Positions 12,418 through 25,455 of a stretch of DNA of 64,000 nucleotides are shown here, in pieces. The notes under the pieces were generated by a model. The model saw only the letters and a program-made list of their open reading frames with translations, was not told the DNA's origin and ran no database searches. Numbering within the stretch: the first letter of the stretch is position 1; every line of letters starts with the position of its first letter. This DNA comes from Octopus sinensis (Eukaryota), in NCBI RefSeq assembly GCF_006345805.1, contig NC_042998.1, positions 39,246,001 to 39,310,000 of the forward strand. Reading direction: 5' to 3'. The position numbers and the translations under genes are program-made.

Positions 12418-15400
12418 TTAGTCTTCAGTTTTAGAGACCTTTGCAGCTGGTTCATCACCTGAAAACAAAAGAAAGGATTAGAAAACCTCTCATAATATTG
12501 ATCACTTCAGATCTTACTAAATCAGGTCATTAAGAATGGAATGTCTGATTTTGAACTGAATGTTTATTTTACTTTATCTCAACAAAAAGCAATACAGTTA
12601 ATCAAAGTATGCACCTAAATTATCAACACAATTTTGCCAATTTATCGGTAGTTTATTTATGCTGGCAGCAAAGAATTCTGGAGAGCAAGGTGATGAAATC
12701 ACAAAAGGCTGTTTTTGCATCTTTTTCAGATTTGAAGTTTTTTCCATTTTGGGCCTCAGCTAATTCAGTCATTTCTTCAACAGAATGAGCTTCTCTTATT
12801 TCTTTCTTGCTTCACATTTTTTCTGCATTCAGTGTTATGCCTCACTGCCATGAGCACAAATATCAGGTCATTGCCCTTCACTCAAAACACGGAAAAACAA
12901 CCTGAATTTTCTCCTTCCATCTTAACTGTCTATTACACCCTCATCCGAAACCAATGTAAAATAACAAGAAAATGTCCTTTTTCTCTTTGAATTAGAAGAG
13001 GAAGGACAGTGCCCTCATCCCATGTCAGCCCTCCAAATCCTATACAGTTGAAGCAAATAATGTTCAGTTTGAATATCTCCAAGAAAAGAGAGCAGTTAGA
13101 GGAAAGAGAGATTGCAGAGTTGAGATACAAGAATAGTGACAAAGAGGACTAAAGTTATTGAGTCACAGCATTAGAAGAGGCAAAAAGAAAAAAAACAGGG
13201 TACTTGTATGCCTGAGATTAGGGCATGTTGGAAAATGAAACTGCTAACTAGATGGGCTTGTTTTTGTTGTATTTGGTGGGAGGCACATCCAAGAGGAATA
13301 CCATCAACACAAACCAAAACATGAAATGGTAGACCAATAAACTCACAAGAAGAGAAACAAATTTGATATGCATTAACAAAGATTGGCAATGATACAGTTC
13401 AGTGTTAAATAGAAGCACAAGAGATTGGATGTTACAGAAGCTGGAGAGAATGATATTTATTTTGAAAATCTTTTGTTCAAGTTTAGAAAAGATATAGTGC
13501 AGGGTTACAGGTGATATAGACCATTCGTTCTTTGTGTCTTTGAACAGCTGAAATATCTACATTGAAGGATATCTTTAATCTTTCAGATTTCTGTGTCAAA
13601 TGCAATGCATACTTTACTCTTTTACTTGTTTCAGTCATTTGACTGCGGCCATGCTGGAGCACCGCCTTTAGTCGAGAAAATCGCCCCCAGGTCTTATTCT
13701 TTGTAAACCCAGTACTTATTCTATCGGTCTCTTTTGCCGAACCGCTAAGTTACGGGGACGTAGACACACCAGCATCGGTTGTCAAGCAATGCTAGGGGGA
13801 CAAACAGACACAAACTTATATATATATATACATATATACGACAGGCTTCTTTCAGTTTCCGTCTACCAAATCCACTCACAAGGCATTGGTCGGCCCGGGG
13901 CTATAGCAGAAGACACTTGCCCAAGATGCCACGCAGTGGGATTGAACCCGGAACCATGTGGTTGGTAGGCAAGCTACTTACCACACAGCCACTCATTCAC
14001 ATTGTTTTTGAACTTATCCTACATTATCTTGTAACCTTCAGATTTCGACAATGTTTATTTTCGGACAGATGTTGTAGGTGTGAGAAGTTGGATCTGGCCA
14101 GTTTGCTCATAAAACAGGCAGAATATTTTGGCCAGATAAAGCTTGTTTAATTAAATGCTAAAAGATAAAAGAAGTTAGAGATTAGATGCAGTGTGCAAGT
14201 GAGAAGACTGTGCTGGTTTTGGTCATATGATGTGGATGGATGCCAACAATTCCATAAAGAAGAAGCGATCCCTGTAAGTGGATGGAACACGTGGAAGTGA
14301 GAAACCCAGGAAGACATTGGATAAAATACTAAAGAGTGACCTCAGGACGCTGAAACTTTCAGGCGAGATGACAAAGGACCAAGATAGCTGGTACCTTGCT
14401 GTACTCAAGAAGATCCATACTACACAGCAAAAGTCTTAAGATCGGTCCATGTGGTGGTGTAAAGTACCCATGATGGTGCCACATAAAAGCACCCAACACT
14501 CTGAAAAGTGGTTGGCACTAGGAAGGGCATCCAGCCGTAGAAACCACAATAAATCAGACTGGAGTCTGGTGCAGCTCCACAGTTTGCCAGCTCTCGTCAA
14601 ACCATCCAACCCATGCCACCATAGACAACAGACATCAAATAATGATGATGATGCAACAAAGAACAGCAAAATATTCAATATGATACTCACCACTGTTACC
14701 ACGTTTTGCATGCCTTTTGCCAAATTTCTTTCTACCACCCATTTTGCCAAGCTTCTTATTCTTCATCCCAGCAGATTTAGCTTCAGAAATTTTCTTCCAG
14801 TGTTCATGCTCAGCCTCTCCTGAAAACATTACCATTATTAATTAAATACAGTACTTTATTAATTATGAACTACAATTTTTACATTAGTTTGAGTAACAAT
14901 GATAGTAGACAGAATTTCTAAATTAGGAAGTCTATATAACAGGAGATGGTGATTGGAAGAAAAATGTTCACAAAGAAGAAATTCTAGAATGACTGGCAGT
15001 ATTGATATTTCTACTCGATAGCAGGGTGCCAACCCTGTCTCTCTTTACTCCTAAACACTCGTCAACTGACACAAAGCCACCACCGGCCCCTCACCATTAT
15101 TCTCTCTCCACAGCTGAGGGGCTTATTCATTGACCCTATCAGTGCTGGTACCATGTAAAAAGTAACCAAAACACTCTGAAGTAGTTGGCATTTAGAAAGT
15201 GCATCCCACCACAGAAACCCTGCCAAAACAAGACTATGGAGCTTGGTGCAGCTTTACCAATTCCTGTCAAACCATCCAAAGCATGCCAGCATGGAAAAAC
15301 GGACATTAAATGATGATAATAAGTAAGCAGAATGCTGACTGGAAATGCATTTGGAGAACCAAAAAATAAAGTTTAGGCGAGTAGCTAAAACAAAAAATTC

Positions 15401-18400
15401 TGTTTCCCTGCCAATAACAAAAATATCTTAAAACTTATTTCTTTACTACCCACAAGGGGCTAAGCACAGAGAGGACAAACAAACGGATTAAGTTGATTAT
15501 ATCGACCCCAGTGCGTAACTGGTACTTATTTAATCGACCCCGAAAGGATGAAAGGCAAAGTCGACCTCGGTGGAATTTGAACTCAGAACGCAGCGGTAGA
15601 TGAAATACTGCTAAGCATTTCGCCCAGCATGCTAACGTTTCTGCCAGCTCGCCACCTTAAAACTTGGTACCAGTTTTATACTGGTTTGCTACTCAACAAA
15701 CCAGTTCATGCTTGAAAGAAAATGAATGTGGCACGTAAAAAGCACCATCCGATCGTGGCCATTTGCCAGCCTTGTCTGGCACATAAAAAGCACCCACTAC
15801 ACTCATGGAGTGGTTGGCGTTAAGAAGGGCATCCAGCCGTAGAAACATTGCCAGATCAGACGGGGCTTGGTGTAGCCTTCTGGCTTCCCAGACCCCAGTT
15901 GAACCGTCCAACCCATGCCAGCATGGAAAGCGGATGCTAAATGATGAATAATTGACTTTGTAAGAATTTAGAAACTTCAAGAGAGAACATGAATAATCCT
16001 TGTTTGGAACAGTGAAGCTCAAAGGAGATAAAGCTATAATTTTCTTCTGCTCTAAGCACAAGGCTTGTAATTTGGGGGTGAGATTAAGTCGATTACATCA
16101 AGCCCAGGGTTCAACTCGTCCTTATTTCAGTGACCCTAAATGGATGGAAGGCAAACCTGGCCTTGGTGGAATTTGAACTCAGAACATAAACACAGACAAA
16201 ATACTTCTAGGTAGTTTGTCAAGTGAGCTCATGATTCTGCCAGCTGGCTGCCTTTATAAAGCTATAAATAATAGCACATAAATACTGGATTCAAAGCCAT
16301 TTGGATGGTTACATTCTATCATTTATGACTTTATTTGCTTTGAGTTTCACTGTTAACACAATTATTTAACTGAATCGCATTTTGCTCAGCAATGTTCTTC
16401 TAACCATCCAAGAATAAAAGCCACTGATGTTTATTTTGTAAGGTTGAGGTGAGCAGCAGATTGTGGACGGCTGGAAGGACTTCTACAATTGCACATGCAT
16501 TACTAGGACAATAACAAAACCAATACATCTCACACACTCACTCAAAAAGTACAGAGATGACATACCTTCAAGAACATCACCCTTCAAGACATTCTCTTTT
16601 AGCTTTATGTCTTCACTGTCAGAATCTTTGGTTTTCTCGAGAACCACTTTAGCTTGATTTTCTTCAAAGAAACGGACCCAGGCCTTAGTGGAACAAATCA
16701 AGAAAATTTTGTCTTTCATTTATTATGTTAATAGTCTTGCAAATTGTAAACATTTTCATAAACAAAATATTTTTTAAGTGACTTAAAAAAGAAAAAAGAA
16801 AAAAAAACTGATTCCCCTGCCAAATAAAACTCTGAAAAGAAATTTCTAAAAATTATTCAGTACTTGAATCAAAATTCCTGTTTCATTGTAGATTTAACCC
16901 ATTAACAGGTTGTCACCAATGATTTACCTAAAATTATTTACTCACACGTTGCTACTCTTTCTTCATATAACATCTTGTTAAAACTGCTTAGAAAACTACA
17001 AATTCAACATCATGGATTGTGACTACAATCATTGCTCTGTGTTTCAGTCTCATAACTTTACAACAAATCAATGAAAACCATAAGGATTTTAAATAGTTAT
17101 CTCATTACATTCTTTTTACTTCAGAAGTCTACTGCATTCGTATTTTTAGCTAATTATTTGATTTTTTTCTTTCTGACGAAATGCAAATGGGGAGATAACT
17201 CTTAAGACCAGAGTAATCTCTCTTAGCATGACGTAACATCTATTATATAAAATCCTTTGTCTGTCAGTGTGTGTCTTCTAGGATCTTGGGCATCCTCCAT
17301 CTGATTGCGCTCAACTTTCGATGGTATCAGGACATGTATAAGTCTTGAAAAAATTACAAAAATCGATTCCAGGTGAGAATGCGATCGATAAAGCCGTGGG
17401 AACGTGCATTTGTACGCGCAAGTACATCAGCTGTTGTGATCGATACTATGCGTACGCGAGAAAAATGCACAAGCAGATTGCGCAAAAAAAGCCGGCTGGC
17501 TTGAAATAATGCCAGAAAATGGAACAGTCAAACAAGTAGTTTCGAGAAAATTTGGTTTAAATGTTTGACAATTCAGCACCGTCTATTGGATGGGAGGCAT
17601 TTTGGTTGTCACAAATAAAAAGTATTATTGCATGCCATCTCCTAATATAATAATGAGTGTAGTATTTTTATATATTTGTCCAAAATCACGCTGGGGGCAG
17701 TAGGAGAAAGAGTAGTATAAGTGAAGGGAGAGAAGAGAAAATAGTAATTCAGTGAAGGAGAAGTAGTGAGAGTAACAGCCTTGACAGAGAAGGAGTGAGA
17801 GAAAGTAATGGCAATGAGAGAGAGAGGAACTGGCAAAGAGCACATCGTATATCTTCTGTTTTTCTCTGTCACAACATATGGATGAGAAAGGAAGGGGTGA
17901 TAGATGAATAACAAAGGAAATGGTAAAAAAAATTTTTCCACTGTGTGAGTATATTTGAGTGTGTATGTAAAAGGGAGGTATATGAATGCTTGTGTGTGTG
18001 CAATGGAAGTGGGATGGTGAATGTTCAACACTGAAAAGAAAAATCAAACAGCATTTCAACTCTGTGTGTGTGTGTGTGTACAAAGGAAGTATGTGAATGA
18101 ATGTGAACATCGACAAGTTTATTAATCTGACTAGCAGTATCGCCCGGCATTGCTCGGGTTTGTAAGGGAAATAACTATATAAGCATTTTTAGAGATGTAA
18201 AGTATAATAGCCATCTCAATATGGCTAACCACAAAGGGGGGGGGTTACTGTAACTTTTTACGTTCTGAGATTTAATAATAAATTTTTAGAGTTACTTCCC
18301 TTATATATGCCAAAAATTGATGGTAAATTTTTTTTTAAATCACGACTATAAGATACCCGGTTTTGGTTAAACTGCACCGCAAAATGTGGGAGTAGTTAGG

Positions 18401-21400
18401 AATCTAAATCGTAGGAGACAGACAGCACACAACCTCACTTTTATATATAAAGATTTACCATCCATATCTTCTACTATAACAATACTCTTGTGTATTTCTC
18501 CATCACATCATCATCATCATTTAACATCCGTTTTCCACAGTGACATGGGTTGGATGGTTCGACTAGGGTCTGGCAAGCCAAGAGGTTGCACCAGGCTCCA
18601 ATCTGATCTGGCAAGGTTTCTACAGCTGGATGCTCTTCCTAATGCCAACCACTCCGAGAGTGTAGTGAGTGCTTTTTACATGCCACTGGCACAGGGAGCC
18701 AGTCTGGCGGCACTGGCATCAGCCATATCTGGACAGTGCTTTTTACATGCTTCAGGCACAAGACAGTCAGGGAGGGGGGGAGCAGGGACTGGCTGGCATC
18801 GACCATGCTTAGGTGGTGCTTTTTACATGCCACCGGTACAGGGAGCCAGTCAGGCAGCACTGGCATCAGTCACAACTACAATTTCCATTCTTGATTTCGA
18901 TTCAATTGAGATTGTGATTTTGATATTACTTGATTCAATAGGTCTCCTCAAGCACAAAATGTTGCCTGATGATTCAAAGGTACTTTTGAAATGGGTTGGT
19001 TATGTGACACTGGAGTAGGCTACGGCTGTGATCTCACTTTACTTGCAGGGTCTTCTCAATCACGGCATATCTCTAGAGGTCTCGGTCTCTTGTCATTGCC
19101 CCTGTGAGGCCCAATGTTTGGAGGTCATGCTCTACGAAAAAGGAAGGGGTGATGGCAAACTTGTTAGTGGAATGACAGAAGTTCTATTGTGAAAAAAAAA
19201 AAATCAAACAGCGTTTCAACTCTGCGTGAGTATATATATAAAACGGAGTCATGTTTGTGTGTGTGTATGCAATGAAAGTGGAATGGTGAACATTCAATGC
19301 TGTAAAGAAAAATCAAACACTAACAGGACCCTTATTAGCATTAGGGGCTCGACATCAGAACATGGCAAGAATGTTCATAATATTAACATGCAAGGTATAA
19401 ATCTTAGGAAAAGACAAGATCTTTGGTTGAATTTTTCCAGCCATCAACAAACTATTTCTCAATTGAAGAATCACAAAACAAAACCAACCTCTGTGTCACC
19501 TTTATTGTAGTCAACCCAGGCTACAGCAGCAAAATCAGAGAAGAAAGTTCTAATGTCTTCTCTGTCTAAATCCTGTGTAAAACCTGACAAATGGAGAACT
19601 GATCCAGGAACAATTGCTATTTTTTCTTTCTGAAACACAAAAGAAAATTTATTTCCATTTATCATTCCTTCAAAGTGAGAAACACAACTGATTAAATTTA
19701 ATGGATATTCATGCACTGTCATTATATCCAGACTTATCTTTACAACCAAGACAATATAATCAGGAGCAGACGTCAGCAGGAAATCCAGCCGACTGGAATA
19801 AGTATCTCATTACTTGCATGGCAGAATTCTTTTGAGCCAAAGACGCAACAGGAAACTGCATCAACATGGCAACAGAGGAGTGTGCCATTTCTCTGCCACA
19901 CCTTCAACAATATTAAGTGATGAAATGGGTAAAAAGAAATTCTTGAAGGTTTGGAAAGCTTTTGTGAAATTTGAATATTTGTATATTGATAGGGCAATAT
20001 TGTTTTAACTGATTTAAAAAAAAATTTTTTTAACAAAATATTCTAATTTTGTTATCGAGCAATACAAGAATACAAACTGAAGAATAACATTTACAAGCTA
20101 TATCAGGATATCATCATCATCGTTTAGCGTCCGTTTTCCATGCTAGCATGGAAAACGGACGCTAAACGATGATGATGATGATGATATCCTGATATAGCTT
20201 GTAAATGTTATTCTTCAGTTTGTATTCTTGTATTGCTCGATAACAAAATTATATATATATATAGGCCCTGTCTGATTAACAGCAAGATTAACAATTGGAA
20301 GATTCCAATGTCACTGAAGTAACAGAAAACTGGGATTAAAAAACCCTTCAAAATAGCTATATATCCCTTTTGTTGGCCTTTCACAATGCTAACTCTTTTG
20401 TCTTGTTACAATCTTATATTCCCAATCAAAGTTTTTTTTTTATTATTACTTGACAATGTAAGAAAAAGCAAACCTACCTCTTCCATTTTCTTTAAATGTT
20501 GCCTACAAAATGAAAATAGGTACGTGAGTAAAAGGGGAAAGCATTAAAATGAAAGTATTAAATTATCATTTGTGTTATGTTTGTTTCTCCATGCAAACCA
20601 AGTTGGAAATTGAATATAAAAACAGGGAAGTTTAATGCTTTCGCTATCATAGAAGCTTTTCTTCAAATTCCTATACACATCAAGACAAACTACAACTTAC
20701 TCTTGCTTCTCTTTCATGAGCTGTTCCTTATGCTGTCTCCTCTTTTCATTTTTTCTTTTATAATATTCATCCCTGAAAAGAGAGATTGGGTTAGTGAAAA
20801 TATTTCTACTAAAGAAAGTGATAATAAATATGAATAAAAACCAAAATTATCTACATCTGCTTCTCTGTATTCCAAATTGAATATTAAAAGAGAGAACAAA
20901 TGAAATCATTTAACCGTTTCAAACACAACCCTCAAAGACCACTTCTGATTCCATTAAAGCATTCGAGTATTATTCTAAAGTAGGAAACATCAAGACAAAT
21001 TACAATTTATATTTCTAAAAGACTGCTACAATTGACCAGAGCTTCAAAAGAAATTTTTAAATATTAAAATTGAAGTCCAATCTCCATAAATAATAAACTG
21101 CTTGTCAGAGAAAGTCTATCAATGGATCTCCTAGTGAATTGCCAAAATTTCTCATAAAATAAAATATGCATTGGTTATTATAAATGCAAAGGTTTATTCA
21201 TACCATTTCAAAGTGCAATCTACAAGCAGTTTTATTTTCATCTTTATTTCACAAAAACTACAAGTTCAGAAATGGTTAAGGAACGCAGAAAAATCTCTGA
21301 ATGATGTAGAAAGGAGGTAAGCAGGCATTTAATGTGTAGTTAGGTCAAGCAATGGATACACAAAAAGTGTAGAGGATTTCTGGCAGGCTGACAAAGACCC

Positions 21401-24400
21401 TTGATGATATGCTTAAAAAAAATAGCTAGCAGGCAAGAACCACCATGAACTCTTCAATGGCTTGCTAAACACAAGAAATATTTTTAGTCAGCCAAAAGAT
21501 GATTTTATTTGTAACAGGGATAACTGCATGAAACCATATTACCTGTTGGCAACAAAGAGCTTACCTTTTGTGCTTAAGGCATATACTTTCTAACTTATTC
21601 TCCTTCCTCTTGCAACTGGGATAGCCATGTCTTTACAGTAAGCTACCTATCTTCATCCCTTTTTATCTCTAATCCCTCAACAGGCACAAAGCCATCCCCA
21701 TCCTTTGATACCATTCCCAGCCAAGGAGTTTTGTCTTGCAAGTGGTTCAGTGACCCTGTAGGTGCCAATGCCATGTAAAAAGCACCAGTGCTGGTGTCAC
21801 ATAAAACACACCCAGTACACTCTAAAGTGGTTGGCATTAGTAAGGGCATCAAGCTATAGAAACCATACCAAAACAGACAATTGGAGCCTTGTACAGCTTG
21901 CTAGCTTCTATCAAACCGTCCAACCCATGCCAGCATGGAAAACAGACGTTAAATGATGATGATTCAAATTAGAGCTAACAAACGCATTTTTTGCCATTTC
22001 CCCACACACAATATCACCAAAATATTGACTATAAAGCTGAGTTAAAATATTTTCTTTGAAAATTTTGGGAGCAAACATTTAAAGCTAAATAATAGCATCA
22101 TCATCATTGTTCAACGTCCGCTTTCCATGCTAGCATGGGTTGGACGATTTGAATGAGGACTGGCAAACCAGAGGCTGCACCAGGCTCCAATCTTGATCCG
22201 GCAGAGTTTCTACAGCTGGATGTCCTTCCTAATGCCAACCACTCTAAGAGTGTAGTGGGTGCTTTTACGTGCCACCGGTACTGGCAATGACAGCGCTCAA
22301 AAGGTGTTTTTACGTGCCACCTGCACAGGAGCCAGTCCAGAGGCACTGGCAACGATCACACTCGGATGGTGCTATTAGCGCTCCACTAGCACAGATGCCA
22401 GTCATCAATTATGAATAATAGTACTAGGTAAAATGATTTACAATGTTTTTACAAGAATTATCACAGAACTGGAGAAAGAAGAACACAAAACTAGATTTAC
22501 AAAAAAATTTCAACTCTAAACCTACCCAAAAAATTACAATATTACTCACTTGCGATATTTAATTATTTCATTTTCTCCATATTTGACATCTTCAGCCTTT
22601 AAAAATTCTTCCAGTTTATCTTTTTCCAAAAAGACAACAAAAGCAGAACCCTATAAAATACAATGTACATACCTAGTTATTCAAATAACAGCAAAAAGAA
22701 AATCAAATGCCTTTTTTTTTTGCATGTCATAAAATTGAAAAACATTAGCAACAAAGCTGCCTCCAAATTCTGTTTATTAACTTAACAAGCAAATCAAATT
22801 TTGTGTACACCAGTTCTATTTAACCATCTAAACGTTTCACACTGAAACACTGTGAAACCATTCCAAAGTCACTATAAATTAGGTAAATTAGTTTTTCTTT
22901 GATTTTACTAAATTCTACAATCAAGCAAAACACAAGCTGGATTTTCATTGAAGTTGTATTTAGCAAACAAATTTACGTAGCTACTGAGTCAATAATGGTA
23001 CATTTTTATAAGTTATTAAGAGTTCAGAGTCAGCCTACAAGTGTGTAGAGATTAGCCAAGATAATAAAAATCTCAGTTATTTTGCACTCTAAAGAAGGTA
23101 CACTTACTTGCTTGCCACTGACAAACTGAAATGGACCCCAATTCCACTTCAAAGATAAATGGTTAGAAAGAAAAATCAGCTATAAAAGCGTTTACTTCAA
23201 ACATATGCAGCTGAATAGAAAACAATGCATTTGAACAAAACATGGCAACATGTCCCACGATCTCTGAAACATTACATTTTAGAAAAACAGTGGATTAGAT
23301 AATCTTTTCTATTAGAAGCACAATGCCTGAAATATTGGGGAAGGAGGCAAGTCCATTGCATCAGCCTCAGTGTTGAAATGGTCCTTATTTCATCAACCCC
23401 CAAAAGGAGGAGAGACAAAGTCAACCATGGTTGGATTTGAACTCACAATATAAAACCAGAAGAGATACCACAAGCGACATTAAATAATGACAAGAAAATA
23501 GGCTGTCATCATCATCATCATCATCATTGAATGTCCTCCTTCCATGCTGGCATGTGTGGGACAATGACAAGAAAATAGGTACAATGTACAAAACTGTACA
23601 GACTCCAATGTTCAAATCCTGAAAGATAACTATTGCTTGCCTTTCACCCTTTCACAGGTCAATAAAATATACCAATAAAAATTCTGGCATTAACTTATGC
23701 ATACCATTCCAATCCCTCAAAAGAGGAAACAGTAATTTCATGTTTCTCCAAGACCATAACTAAATTCAAAGCAGCACGAAAAAACCTATGACTGAAGGTG
23801 CATGTAAAGTATATTGAAATGAGTTGGGGCTGTTACAAATCAAATCGTCTTCCCTATCTCTAAACATCTCCCCCTAACATCCATCCCTTTCTTTGTACTA
23901 TTTAAACTCCCACCCCATGCACTGTTTCCTGTGGATAAGCTCCAATACATCTCCAACACAGCCTATTTCTCTCTCTCTCACCTTCTTTGTCCTACTGGGG
24001 TGACCAAGTACCTCCTCTATAGTAAGGGTCTCTGTCCTTCCATCGTACTCTAAACAACCTCTTGCCTGGCACACGGCCACCTCCTCTCTTAACTAAAAGG
24101 TCTTTGTCTTGCAAGCTACTAGGCAACTCCAAATGGTGCGTGCTACGTAAAACACGCCTGTGCTGGTGCCATACAAAAAGCACCCAGTACACTTGGTCAA
24201 GTGGTTGGCATTAGGAAGAGGATCCAGCCATAGAAACCATACCAAAACAGACAACTGGAGCCTGGCACAGCCCCTTGCCTTACCAGCTCCAGTCAAACCA
24301 TCTGACCCATGCCAACATGGGAAACAGCTGTGAAATGATGATGATGATGATGATTTACCAGGATTTATTTCATTATTATTTTCAAATCAACTATACTGTC

Positions 24401-25399
24401 CATGTTATTTTTTAGAATACTATTCTTCATAGATTTCTCCCAAACAGACCCATTTACTTTGTAAAGAACTGGAACTATACCAGATTTTTATGCAAATTTT
24501 CATACAAATTAACTCAAGAGAGGGTACCCACTACAACATCAACTGCATCTGACTGTCAGATGTGATCAACATGCGTGAAGGACATGGTGAGCTCAGTCAA
24601 AGCTGATTCAACCCATCTCAAGTGAAAGCCACCGTGTCATAAGTTAACCAAGGCAAAAAATAATTAAAAGAGAAATCTCAATGAAATGCACTGAAATAAT
24701 GGTTTCAAATTTTGGCACAAGGCCAGCAAGTCGACTATCTCAGGCCCAGTGCTCAACTGGTACTTATTTTATCAACCCTGAAAGGATGAATGGTAAAGTC
24801 AACCCTTGGCAGAATTTTAACTTAGAATGTCAAGACAGACGAATTGCTGCTAAGCAATTTGTCCAGCATGTTAACCATTCTGCCAGCTCACTGCCTTAAA
24901 ATCATCATCATCATCATCGTCGTTTAACGTCCGTTCTCCATGCTAGCATGGGTTGGACGGTTCGACCGGGGTTCTGGGAAGCCAGAAGGCTGCACCAGGC
25001 TCCAGTCTAAATTTGGCAATGTTTCTACAGCTGGATGCCCTTCCTAACGCCAACCACTCCGTGAGTGTAGTGGGTGCTTTTTACGTGCCACCTGCACAGG
25101 TGCCAGGCGGGGCTGGCAACGGCCACGGTCAGATTGGTGTATTTTATGTGCCACCGGCACAGAAGCCAGTCGAGGCGGTGCTGGCATCGGCCACGAGTCG
25201 GATAGTGCTTTTTACGTACCACCAGACCAGGGATCCTGGCTGGTTCAATTCGATTTCGATTTCGCTTGCCCCAACATGTCTTCACAAGCAAAGGGGGTGG
25301 CAAGGGTGCCTGTCGTACGGTCGCATTGGAGTATTTTACGTGCCACGGCCACGAGTCGGATAGTGCTTTACGTACCACCAGACAAGGGATATGTATATA

Positions 25400-25455
<56 letters not shown>

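Noticed and set aside
11240-13400. Coding-like, non-repetitive stretches around the La 3' end, including a possible extra La exon at about 12700-12790
   Set aside because: All frames are interrupted by stops, no family was recognised and there are no good splice sites. The direct phase-1 join of exon 14691 to 12458 already gives a sensible La C-terminus.
18386-19018. 210-aa ORF
   Set aside because: It runs through a Helitron end and an RTE 3' UTR in antisense; chance open frame in GC-rich repeat. The same holds for ORFs at 24953-25970, 42631-43054, 46049-46426 and 63338-63881.
19917-20012. GTGATGA...CTGA box C/D pair
   Set aside because: It is on the strand opposite the host gene, AT-rich, with no terminal stem or recognisable rRNA guide.
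23108-23263. Possible 156-nt poison exon in La intron 6 (tttcag|...|gtaagt, in-frame stop)
   Set aside because: Such pseudo-exons are frequent by chance; there is no independent support.
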